The notes beneath the pieces are model-generated. The model saw nothing but the letters and a program-made list of their open reading frames with translations, had not been told where the DNA came from and made no database searches. A stretch of 64,000 bases of DNA, taken from Myxococcota bacterium (GTDB taxonomy: Bacteria > Myxococcota_A > UBA9160 > UBA4427). The stretch lies in contig OZ252299.1 of the NCBI GenBank assembly GCA_965250285.1, positions 6,048,001-6,112,000 on the forward strand. Reading direction: 5' to 3'. Position numbers and translations under genes: made by a program. This document shows, one piece after another, positions 55,269-64,000 of this stretch; position 1 is the stretch's first letter, and each line of letters opens with the position of its first letter.

Positions 55269-57841
55269 ATCCCGAGAACCTTCCGACCTCGAACGAGCTC
55301 CGCGCGAAGCTTCGGCTGATCGACCAGACGGTCGCGCTGCCCTCGCTCGTGCTCGTGCTGACCTACATCGCTTCGGCCGTCGATTTTCGGCCCGGCGAGC
55401 TCACGCCGATGCTCTCGGTGCTCGCCGTCTACGCCGCGATCACCGTCGGCATCATGGAGTGGCTGCGGGCTCGACAGGTCGCTGCGCTCAAGCGTGTGCT
55501 CGACGCCGCTGAGGGCGAGCTCTCGCCGGAAGAGCTCGTCGCGGGCTTCCGCGTGGCCGTCGGTCTGCCGGCGACGGCGGCGCGCACCATCGCAGGCATG
55601 TGGCTGACGCCGGGTCTGGTCGTGCCGCTCGCGCTGGCCGCGATCGGGCACACGTCGTGGCTCGCGTTCGACCGGTGGAGCGTCATTCTCGTCGCCGTCA
55701 TCTGCGGCGCGGTGCTCTCGGCCGGGTTCATCTTCTTTCTGACGAAGTCGGCGCTCGAGGCCGTGCGAGAAGCCATCGGCCTGCGCTTCGACGACACCGA
55801 TGATCGCGCGCACGCCACGGTCTCCCTGCCCCTCGCTTCGAAGGTCCAGTTCGTCGTGCTGGGGGCCGTCGTGACGACGCTTCTGCTGACGGTCTCGCTC
55901 GCCTGGTCGCGATCCACGGCGGCCGTCGATGCTCAGGCGATGGAGTGGCAGCAGCGCGTCCTGATGACGATCTCCGCCAAGATGCGGGTCATGCCTTTCG
56001 CCGAGGCCCATCTCGCAGTCCTGCCGATCGACGCGGTGTTGGCGCACGACATCGACGTCTTCTACTTCGACGAGGGGCAAGACGTCCGATCGGTCCCCGT
56101 TGGCCGCGAGGGGGATCGGGTCGACATGACGGCGATCTCGAACGCGCCCGAGGTCGTGGGCGGCTCGGCTTCGCTCGTCAACGGTCAGGTGGTCAGCTGG
56201 CAGCGACTGCCGGATGGCCGGACGCTGGTTGCCGCGATCAGCCGCGCCGATCTCGAGCTCGGCTTCGGCGCGTTCGGATTCGTGCTGGCGCTGCTCGCCC
56301 TGCTGACCGGCACCGTGGCCATCGCGCTCGGCTGGCTGCTCTCGAAGGACATCCGACGCGCGGCCGAGGTGCTGCAGGCCGAGTCGGAGCGGCTCGCTTC
56401 GGGCGATCTTCGCCGCGGCCGCGTTTGGGAGGCCGAGGACGAGATGGGTGGCCTGGGCCGGGCCTTCGAGCGCATGGGCGCGTCGCTGCGAAAGACGGTC
56501 GGCGGCGTCGCGCAGACGGCCGACCGGGTCGAGGCGGCGGTCGCCGACATCTCTGCGGTCTCGCGCAGCGTCTCGGTCGCGAGCGCCGATCAGGTGCGCC
56601 GGATCCAGCAGGCGAGCGACCTCATGCTCGAGATCAATCAGCAGGTGCGCGGCGTCAGTGACAGCGCGCAGGCGCTGAACCTCTCGGTGGAGGAGTCGAG
56701 CAGCTCGATCCTCGAGCTGGGTGCCGCGGGCGACGAGCTGAACGACACCGCGACCGTGCTCTCTTCGAAGGTCGACGAGGTGTCGGGCTCGATCGAGCAG
56801 ATGGTGCGCAGCGTCAAGGAAGTCGGCTCGACCAGCGAGCAGCTGTCGGACGCCGCCGCTGAGACCTCGTCGAGCATGGAAGAGATGGCGAGCGCGATGC
56901 GCGCCGTCGACACCACGGCCGAAGCCACCGCGAACATCTCGAACGACGTGGTCGACCTCGCTGAGCGGGGTCAGCAGCGGGTCAGTCAGACGATGAGCGG
57001 AATGGAGGCGATCCGAGATGCGACGGACGCGGCCGAGAAGGTCATTCGCGGGCTCGGCGCGCGGACGAAGGAGATCGGCGGCATCCTCGACGTGATCGAC
57101 GACGTCGCCGACGAGACGAACCTGCTCGCGCTCAACGCGGCGATCATCTCGGCCCAGGCGGGTGAGCACGGTCGCGCGTTCAGCGTCGTCGCCGACGAGA
57201 TCAAGGAGCTCGCCGACCGCGTGCTCGCGTCGACGAAGGAGATCGGTTCTTTGATCCGGTCTGTCCAGGATGAGAGCGAGGCGGCAGTGGGTGCGATCGA
57301 AGCGGGCAGCCAGAGCGTGGCAGGGGGCGTCGAGCTTTCGGCCGAGGCGGGCAGCTCGCTCGAGGAGATCACGCGCGCGAGCCGCGAGAGCGGGACGCGC
57401 ATCGGCGAGATCGTGTCGGCGGTCCGCGAACAGACGAAGGCCACGGGCCACGTCGTGTCGCTCATGGAGGCCGTGCGCGAGGGCGTCGACCACATCTCGC
57501 GCGCGCGCAACGAGCAGGACGGCGCGAACGAGGTGGTCTACCGCTCGGCTGTGACGATGCAGGAGGTCGCTCAGCAGGTGCGCCGGACGACCGAGGAGCA
57601 ATCGCGCGGCTTCGGGCGGATTCGCGAGAGCATCGAGGGCGTGCGCGAGGCGGTCGAACAGATCAATGGCTCACTGCGCGACCAGTCGAGCGCGTGCTCA
57701 CAGGTCGCCGAGTTTCTCGAGCAGGTGGCCGACGGCACGCGCTCGAACGAAGACGCAGCGGGTCGCATGGGCGAGTCGATGCGCGTGATGATGGAGCAGG
57801 CCGAGGCGCTGCGCGCCGACCTCGAGGAGTTCCAGCTCTAG
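55265..57841 (+). CDS. Methyl-accepting chemotaxis protein, multi-TM N-terminus, 64-heptad signalling domain
   Basis: HAMP (EDEMGGLGRAFERM), tip ETNLLALNAAIISAQAGEHGRAFSVVADEIKELA, 224 residues from the tip Glu to the C-terminus. Confidence 0.93.
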   Translation: MNPENLPTSNELRAKLRLIDQTVALPSLVLVLTYIASAVDFRPGELTPMLSVLAVYAAITVGIMEWLRARQVAALKRVLDAAEGELSPEELVAGFRVAVGLPATAARTIAGMWLTPGLVVPLALAAIGHTSWLAFDRWSVILVAVICGAVLSAGFIFFLTKSALEAVREAIGLRFDDTDDRAHATVSLPLASKVQFVVLGAVVTTLLLTVSLAWSRSTAAVDAQAMEWQQRVLMTISAKMRVMPFAEAHLAVLPIDAVLAHDIDVFYFDEGQDVRSVPVGREGDRVDMTAISNAPEVVGGSASLVNGQVVSWQRLPDGRTLVAAISRADLELGFGAFGFVLALLALLTGTVAIALGWLLSKDIRRAAEVLQAESERLASGDLRRGRVWEAEDEMGGLGRAFERMGASLRKTVGGVAQTADRVEAAVADISAVSRSVSVASADQVRRIQQASDLMLEINQQVRGVSDSAQALNLSVEESSSSILELGAAGDELNDTATVLSSKVDEVSGSIEQMVRSVKEVGSTSEQLSDAAAETSSSMEEMASAMRAVDTTAEATANISNDVVDLAERGQQRVSQTMSGMEAIRDATDAAEKVIRGLGARTKEIGGILDVIDDVADETNLLALNAAIISAQAGEHGRAFSVVADEIKELADRVLASTKEIGSLIRSVQDESEAAVGAIEAGSQSVAGGVELSAEAGSSLEEITRASRESGTRIGEIVSAVREQTKATGHVVSLMEAVREGVDHISRARNEQDGANEVVYRSAVTMQEVAQQVRRTTEEQSRGFGRIRESIEGVREAVEQINGSLRDQSSACSQVAEFLEQVADGTRSNEDAAGRMGESMRVMMEQAEALRADLEEFQL

Positions 57842-57941
57842 CGCGAGCGGGGCTCGGCGAGACGGAAGGCCCGCTCGAGCAGGGCGAATGAGTTCGAACC
57901 CGGACCGGTGCGGGCCGGTCAGGATGCAGAAGGAAGCGAAG

Positions 57942-58997
57942 ATGATTGCAGCGTGCCCGAAGTGTGGAGCCAGGTACCGGGTCGACGAGTCGAAGATCGG
58001 CGAGGAGGGCGCGCGCCTGCGCTGCGCCAAGTGCCAAGCCGTCTTCCGCGTGCGCGCGCCGCAGGTCGCCGCCGAGGTGCCGGCCGCCCCCGATCCGATC
58101 GTGGCCGCGCCCCCCGCGCCCACGCCCACGCAGGCTCCGGCCGCCGCACCGCAGGCGGCTGTGCCCACCCAGGCCCCCGCCGACGCGGGGGCGCCCGCCA
58201 TGCCCGATGAATCGAGCGTCGACCGCGCGCGCTGCGTCCTCATCGCCGATCCCAACGAGGAGCTTGGCAAGGCGACCGCCGGAGCGGTCGCGAGCTGGGG
58301 GCTCCAGCCGGTACTCGTGCACGACGGCGTCGAGGCGATGATGACGATCCAGCGCCTGCTCCCCGCGGCCGTCGTCCTCGACGCGGCGCTGCCGAAGATG
58401 TTCGGCTTCCAGATCTGCGAGGTGATGAAGCGCAACGAGAGCCTGAGCTCGATCTCGGTCGTGCTCGTCGGTGCGATTCACAACGAAGAGCGATACCGCC
58501 GTCCGCCGCAGGAGATGTACGGCGCCGACGTCTACCTCGAGCAGCCGGATCTGCCGGAAGGTCTGAAGCCCCTGCTGCAGCAGTTCGGGCTGCCCGTCGA
58601 CGGCTCGGCTGCGACGGCGCCTGTGCCCACGCCCACGCCCACACCCGCTCCCACCGAAGCGCCGTCGATGCCGGCCGCCGAGACGAGCGCCGCTCCCGTG
58701 GCTCCGGTCGCGCCCGAGCCCGCGGCGGCACCCGAGCCTGCCGGTGATCCCGCGCTGGCCGAGGAGCGTGAGAAGGCCGAGCGCCTCGCGCGCATCGTGG
58801 TGTCGGACATCGTTCTCTATCAGGGCGAGAAGTTCGATCAGGCCATCGCCGCCGGAAACCTGCTCGAGATGCTCGATAACGAGGTGGAAGAGGGCCGCAA
58901 GCTGTTCCGACAGCGGATCGACGAACGGGTTCGCGACGAGCGCGATCACTTGATGGATGAGCTCCTGCGCGTGGCCCGGGAGCGAGGCATGCAATGA
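57942..58997 (+). CDS. Zinc-ribbon (MJ0042-like) plus receiver domain protein
   Basis: CPKC...CAKC, Pro/Ala linkers, VLIAD...VVLDAALPKMFG REC, C-terminal KAERLARIVVSDIVLY; ATG 57942 with AGGAAG SD. Confidence 0.85.
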   Translation: MIAACPKCGARYRVDESKIGEEGARLRCAKCQAVFRVRAPQVAAEVPAAPDPIVAAPPAPTPTQAPAAAPQAAVPTQAPADAGAPAMPDESSVDRARCVLIADPNEELGKATAGAVASWGLQPVLVHDGVEAMMTIQRLLPAAVVLDAALPKMFGFQICEVMKRNESLSSISVVLVGAIHNEERYRRPPQEMYGADVYLEQPDLPEGLKPLLQQFGLPVDGSAATAPVPTPTPTPAPTEAPSMPAAETSAAPVAPVAPEPAAAPEPAGDPALAEEREKAERLARIVVSDIVLYQGEKFDQAIAAGNLLEMLDNEVEEGRKLFRQRIDERVRDERDHLMDELLRVARERGMQ

Positions 58998-61093
58998 GCG
59001 TCGAAGCGAATGATCGCGAACGACAGATGATCCTCCACGACCTCGGGAGCCCCGACGAGGAGGTGCGCCGGCTCGCCGTCGAGCGCGCCGTCTGCCTGGG
59101 CGTCGACGAGGCGCTGCCGCCGCTCCTCGAGGCGCTCGGCGATGCCTCGTGGCGGGTTCGCAAGGCCGCGGTGGCCCGTCTGGTCGCGACCGAAGCGCCC
59201 GATCGCATCGAGCGCGCCCTGATCGAAGCGCTCGCCGACGGCGAGAACCCCGGCCGCCGCAACTCGGCGTTCGAGGCGCTCGTCTCGATGGGCAGCCGCG
59301 TGGTGCCCGCGCTGGTCGCGCAGCTCGACACCGACGACGTCGACGTGCGCAAGCTGATCGTCGACGCCCTCGCCGGCATCGGCGACGTCACCGCGACACC
59401 CGCATTGATCGCGCGCCTGAAGGACGACGACCCGAACGTGCGCGCGGCGAGCGCCGACGCGCTCGGCGTGGTCGGCGGGCCGGGCGCGGGCGACGCCATG
59501 ACCCGCTCGGCCATCGACGACGACGAGGACACGCTCGTCCGACTCTCATCGCTCCGCGGGCTCGCGCGCATCGAACACCCGGTCGAGATCGGATCTCTCG
59601 ACTCGGCGCTCGACGACTCGCTGTTGCGCCCCGCCGTCTTCGCACTGCTCGGCGAGGTCGGAGGCGCCGACGTGGTCGACTGTCTCTGCGACGGGCTGGC
59701 CCTGCCCGCACGCTCATGCCGTGAGGCCGCGATCGGCGCACTGCTGGGGCTGATGGGGCGCGCCGAGGTCGGTGACGCCGCCCTCGAGGCGCGCGTCCTC
59801 GAGCGGGCGCGCGCGGTCGACGGGCTCGTCTCTGCGTGCACCGATCGCCTGCCCGATGCCGACCTCGCGACGCGGATGGTCCTGATCCAGTTCCTCGGTC
59901 TGCTGCGCGACCCGAAGGCCGTGGTGCCGATCCTCGAGGCCGGTCGCGACGAGGCGATTGCCGAGATCGCGCACGCGACCCTGATCGAGTGGGGGGAAGA
60001 CGCGCTCGCCGCGCTCGAGCCCGGCTGGTCTGCGCTCGACACCGACCTTCGAGAGGCCGCCTGCGAGCTGATCGGTCGCATCGGCGGCGCCCGGGCCGCC
60101 GGCCTGCTGCGGTCGGCGATGGATGACGTCGACGCCACTCTGCGCGCCGCCGCGGCGCAGGCCGTCGGCCGCTGCCAATGCGCCGAGCTGATGCCGTTGC
60201 TCATCGAGCGACTCGAGGGCGCGGCGCAGGAAGGCGAGTTCGAAGACTCGAGCGAAGAGCCCGAGGCCATCGTCGCGTCGCTGGTCGAGCTCGCGCGCTG
60301 GGATGCCGACGCCGACGCCGGCCTCTCGGCCGAGATGGTGGGCCTGCTCGCCGCACGGCTCGAGACCGCCGAGGATGCCGGTCGCGTCGCCGTCGCCACG
60401 GTGCTCGGTCGCGTCGGCCGGGCCGAAGACGAAGAGCTGATCGTCCAGCTGCTCAAGGATCCCGATCCCCAGGTGCGTCGCAGCGCGGTCGGTGCGCTCG
60501 CTCGACTCGAACCGGGGGCCGCCTCTGAACCGCTGCGGCTCGCGCTCGGCGACGAGTCGGCCATGGTTCGGCTTGCGGCAGCGACGGCGCTCGGTGAGGC
60601 ACTGAGCGAACGCGTGATCGACGACCTGCATCGACTCATTCACGACGAAGACGCGCGGGTGCGCTCTGCGGCCGTGCGCGGCATCGGCCACCACGGTGGA
60701 CGCAATCACCTGACGCCCGAGCGCGCCGTCGAGCTGATCTCGAACGCGCTCGATGACGGGGGGATGGTCGCGCTGGCCGCGATCGAGGCCCTCGAGGCGA
60801 TCGGCGGACACCCCGCGGCCGAAGCGGCGCTCGAGGTGCTCGAGCGCGACGAGCCCGAGCTCGTCCAGGCGGCGGTGGCCTGCATCGGTCGACACGGCGA
60901 TGCCGAGACGGTGGCCGAGCTGCTGCCGCTCGTTGCTCACGAGAGCTGGTCGGTGCGCAGCGAGGCGATCCAGACGATGGCCGATCGACGCGTGGTGCAG
61001 GCCGTGCCCGCGATTTTGCGACGACTCGAGACCGAGCAGGACTCGTTCGTGCGGGACACGATCCTGCGCGCGCTGAAGAGCCTGGAGGACTGA
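58994..61093 (+). CDS. HEAT (PBS-lyase-like) repeat protein
   Basis: Many L-x-D-x-D-x-x-VR-x-x-A-x-x-AL repeats; coupled to cheR (TGATG). Confidence 0.92.
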   Translation: MSVEANDRERQMILHDLGSPDEEVRRLAVERAVCLGVDEALPPLLEALGDASWRVRKAAVARLVATEAPDRIERALIEALADGENPGRRNSAFEALVSMGSRVVPALVAQLDTDDVDVRKLIVDALAGIGDVTATPALIARLKDDDPNVRAASADALGVVGGPGAGDAMTRSAIDDDEDTLVRLSSLRGLARIEHPVEIGSLDSALDDSLLRPAVFALLGEVGGADVVDCLCDGLALPARSCREAAIGALLGLMGRAEVGDAALEARVLERARAVDGLVSACTDRLPDADLATRMVLIQFLGLLRDPKAVVPILEAGRDEAIAEIAHATLIEWGEDALAALEPGWSALDTDLREAACELIGRIGGARAAGLLRSAMDDVDATLRAAAAQAVGRCQCAELMPLLIERLEGAAQEGEFEDSSEEPEAIVASLVELARWDADADAGLSAEMVGLLAARLETAEDAGRVAVATVLGRVGRAEDEELIVQLLKDPDPQVRRSAVGALARLEPGAASEPLRLALGDESAMVRLAAATALGEALSERVIDDLHRLIHDEDARVRSAAVRGIGHHGGRNHLTPERAVELISNALDDGGMVALAAIEALEAIGGHPAAEAALEVLERDEPELVQAAVACIGRHGDAETVAELLPLVAHESWSVRSEAIQTMADRRVVQAVPAILRRLETEQDSFVRDTILRALKSLED

Positions 61094-62031
61094 TGCTCGA
61101 CGGCGGCGCCACAGAGCTGCGCATGACCGACGCCGAGTTCCGCATGTTCTGCGAACTGGTCAAGTCGCGTTGTGGGCTGCACTTCGACGAGGACTCGCGG
61201 TTCATCGTCGAGAAGCGCCTCGGGCGCCGCGTGCACGAGTGCGGCCTCGGTAGCTTCGCCGCGTACCATCTTCTGTTGCGCGACGCGTCCGTGGGCGACG
61301 AAGAGTTCTCGAACGTGGTCGATGCGTTGACGACCAACGAGACCTACTTCTTTCGCGAGATCGGCCAGATGCGCGCGCTCATGGACGAGATCATCCCCGA
61401 CCTGCTCGCGCGTCGTCAGGCGTCGGGTCTCGATACCCCGATCAGCATCTGGTCCGCAGGCTGCTCGAGCGGTGAAGAGCCGTACACGGTCGTGATGCTC
61501 GCGAGAGAAGCGGGCCTCGATCCCGCGAAGGACATCCGCGTCTACGCGTCGGACATCTCGAAGTCGATGCTGCACCGATCACGGCGAGGCGTGTACCGCG
61601 AGGCCTCGTTCCGTGAGACCAGCGCGCACATTCGCGACAAGTACTTCACGGCAAAAGATGGCCACAACCGCATCTCCGACGAGGTCAAGTCGCACGTCGA
61701 CTTCATCAACTTGAACCTGCTCGACCGCGACAAGATCGCGCTGCTCGGTTCGATGGACGTGATCCTCTGCCGAAACGTGATCATCTACTTCGACCTCGAG
61801 ACCAAGCAGCGAGTGATCGAGACCTTCCACGACAAGCTGAAGCCCGGCGGGTACCTGCTGCTCGGGCACAGTGAGTCTCTGATCAACGTGTCGAGCGCAT
61901 TCGAGCTGAAGCATCTGAGCCGCGATCTCGTCTACCGGCGCCCCGTGCCCGGCGAAGAGCGTGAAGACCCGTGGCACGCGATCGCGGGTGGCACCGCGGC
62001 GCACATGGCACCCGGGGAGGATCGCGAATGA
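61093..62031 (+). CDS. cheR: Chemoreceptor methyltransferase
   Basis: TTNETYFFRE, IWSAGCSSGEEPY, ASDIS, DVILCRNVIIYF, GGYLLLGHSE. Confidence 0.96.
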   Translation: MLDGGATELRMTDAEFRMFCELVKSRCGLHFDEDSRFIVEKRLGRRVHECGLGSFAAYHLLLRDASVGDEEFSNVVDALTTNETYFFREIGQMRALMDEIIPDLLARRQASGLDTPISIWSAGCSSGEEPYTVVMLAREAGLDPAKDIRVYASDISKSMLHRSRRGVYREASFRETSAHIRDKYFTAKDGHNRISDEVKSHVDFINLNLLDRDKIALLGSMDVILCRNVIIYFDLETKQRVIETFHDKLKPGGYLLLGHSESLINVSSAFELKHLSRDLVYRRPVPGEEREDPWHAIAGGTAAHMAPGEDRE

Positions 62032-63113
62032 CGCCGCACGATCTGATCCGGGTATTGGTCATCGACGACTCGGCGTTCAGCCGGCAGACGATCACGCGGA
62101 TGCTGCGCACGTCGCCGCTCGTCGAGGTGGTCGGCGTCGCGCGCGACGGCGAGGAGGCGATCCACAAGACGCTCGAGCTCGAGCCCGATCTGATCACGCT
62201 CGATCTCGAGATGCCGCGGATGGACGGCTTCACCTTCCTGCGTCTGATCATGGCCAAGCGGCCGACACCGGTGATGGTGATCAGCGGTCGTTCGGGCGAA
62301 GACGACGTCTTCAAGGCGCTCGACCTGGGCGCCGTCGACTTCATCGCGAAGCCCACACCGCACGCGGCCCCCGAGCTGCAGTCGATCCACCAGGAGCTGA
62401 TCCGCAAGGTGCACGCGATCCGCGAGCTGCGCATCGACAAGGTGCAAGAGCGGATCAAGAAGGCGCCGCCGGTGCTCTCGCGACGTCATCGTGCGGTCGC
62501 CTCGGTGCCGCCGGTGGTCGTCGTCGGGTCGTCGACCGGTGGCCCCGCGGCCCTGATGCAGACGTTCGGTGCGTTTACCCAGGCACCGCCGTGCGCGTTC
62601 CTCGTGGCCCAGCACATGCCCGAGGGCTTCACGCGCGGTTTCGCCGAGCGACTCGATCGCCTCACGCCCTTCCACGTGAAGGAGGCGCAGGGCGGCGAGG
62701 AGCCCGAGCGCGGCACGGTGCTGATCGCGCCCGGTGGGCATCACCTCGAGCTCGACGCCGCGCGGGGCCGGATCGTGTCGCGTGTCTACGAGAGTGAGCC
62801 CGGCGACAAGTACACGCCGTCGGTCGATCGCCTCTTCGAGTCGGCCGCCAAGCACTTTGGCGGCGACCTCCTGGCGGTGGTCCTGACGGGGATGGGAGAC
62901 GACGGGCGCGCCGGCTCGCTGGCCGTGCGCGAATCCGGAGGAACGGTGATCGTAGAATCGGAAGAGACGGCCGTGATCTACGGCATGCCGCAGCAGGTCG
63001 TACGAGCGGGTGCCGCGAATCGCGTGCTGCCGCTGAACGAGATTCCGACGGCGATCCAATCGGGCGTTGCGAGAGAGTCGCAGCGCGCCGAGGTGGGGAG
63101 GGAGTCCCGATGA
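62028..63113 (+). CDS. cheB: Chemoreceptor methylesterase with REC domain
   Basis: RVLVIDDS, TLDLEMP, GSSTGG, QHMP, PSVD, VLTGMGDDG, YGMP. Confidence 0.96.
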   Translation: MTPHDLIRVLVIDDSAFSRQTITRMLRTSPLVEVVGVARDGEEAIHKTLELEPDLITLDLEMPRMDGFTFLRLIMAKRPTPVMVISGRSGEDDVFKALDLGAVDFIAKPTPHAAPELQSIHQELIRKVHAIRELRIDKVQERIKKAPPVLSRRHRAVASVPPVVVVGSSTGGPAALMQTFGAFTQAPPCAFLVAQHMPEGFTRGFAERLDRLTPFHVKEAQGGEEPERGTVLIAPGGHHLELDAARGRIVSRVYESEPGDKYTPSVDRLFESAAKHFGGDLLAVVLTGMGDDGRAGSLAVRESGGTVIVESEETAVIYGMPQQVVRAGAANRVLPLNEIPTAIQSGVARESQRAEVGRESR

Positions 63114-63943
63114 GCAACGGGGGACGGAGCCCGAATGATCGAGGGGAGGCGGTCCTCGCGATCTTCAAGCGGGGTGCCGACTTCATGAAGCAGCTCATGG
63201 ACGAGAACGAGCAGCTGAGAAAGCAGCTCGTCGACGTGCATGGGCGGCAAGAGAGTGCGTCCCAATCGGACACCGAATGGGATGCGCTGCGCGGCGAGCT
63301 GAACGAGAAGATCGCCGACCTCGAGAGCGAGCGCGAGAACATCATGGCGCAGCTTCGCTCGGTCGAGTCGGAGAATCAGCAGTTCGCCGAGCGCTATCTC
63401 GAGATCGAAGAGGAGAACAACAACCTCGCGAACCTCTACGTCGCCAGCTACCAGCTGCACTCGACGCTCGATCCGGGCGAAGTGCTGAAGGTGATCGTCG
63501 AGATCGTGATCAACCTGATCGGAGCCGAGCTCTTCTGCGTCTACGTCTGCGAAGAAGAGGGCGGCATGCTCAAGCCGGTCGCGAGCGAGGGCTCGCCCGT
63601 CTCGGCGTTCCCGCCGCTGCCGTTGGCCTCGGGCACCGTCGGTGACGCGGTCCGCGGCGGCGAAGTGGTCACCGGTGACCCCATGGTGGAGCAGGAGGGC
63701 GGAACCGGCGGCATCGGCGAGCCGGTCGTCTGCATCCCGCTGCGGGTCGACGAGAAGCCGGTGGGCGCGATCGTGATCCACAAGCTGCTGCAGCAGAAGG
63801 ACGGGTTTTCGCCGCTCGACCACGAGCTCTTCACGCTCATGGCCGGGCACGCGGCGACGGCGATCTTCGCATCGCAGCTCTATGCACAGTCGGAGCGCAA
63901 GCTCAACACGATTCAGGGATTCATCGACCTGCTCACGAAGTAG
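63110..63943 (+). CDS. Coiled-coil plus GAF domain protein of the che cluster
   Basis: N-terminal heptads, NNNLANLYVASYQLHSTLD, VVCIPL, LLQQK; a further SD (GAGGAG) at the window end suggests the operon continues. Confidence 0.85.
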   Translation: MSNGGRSPNDRGEAVLAIFKRGADFMKQLMDENEQLRKQLVDVHGRQESASQSDTEWDALRGELNEKIADLESERENIMAQLRSVESENQQFAERYLEIEEENNNLANLYVASYQLHSTLDPGEVLKVIVEIVINLIGAELFCVYVCEEEGGMLKPVASEGSPVSAFPPLPLASGTVGDAVRGGEVVTGDPMVEQEGGTGGIGEPVVCIPLRVDEKPVGAIVIHKLLQQKDGFSPLDHELFTLMAGHAATAIFASQLYAQSERKLNTIQGFIDLLTK

Positions 63944-64000
63944 GTCCGAACGACTTGGCCGGGCGCGCCCAGGGCGGCCCGGATTCAGCGAGTGAGGAGT

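Overview
High-GC bacterial chromosome segment. Gene content and order (tgl-rodZ-recO, pilA-pilG-pilH-pilI-pilD, rib-nusB followed by a HEAT-repeat che cluster) point to Myxococcota or a close deltaproteobacterial relative; this is inference. The window is mostly core genome: aspS, an acyl-CoA dehydrogenase pair, mdh-sucC-sucD, a FabH-like synthase, korAB, a homodimeric GlyRS, ppdK, gltX, tRNA-Glu(CTC), tRNA-Gln(CTG), and a reduced yceD-rpmF-fab-glyA-nrdR-rib-nusB cluster. It ends in a ~15 kb chemosensory operon (DUF4388 protein, cheY, cheA, two cheW, a 64-heptad MCP, Zn-ribbon-REC, HEAT, cheR, cheB, GAF). I saw no CRISPR array, rRNA, integrase or transposase. The most notable signals are: (1) a recurrent sigma28/FliA-like promoter (TCAAG-N15-17-CCGAT) upstream of five motility or signalling genes; (2) a sigma54 promoter with upstream palindromes or a structured element driving tandem paralogous ECF sigma factors and a small candidate anti-sigma; (3) a histone-H1-like tail fused to PPDK; (4) a TetR operator controlling a sphingomyelin-synthase-like gene; (5) a pilin cassette lying between two tRNAs. 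All product calls come from motif recognition by eye, with no database search.
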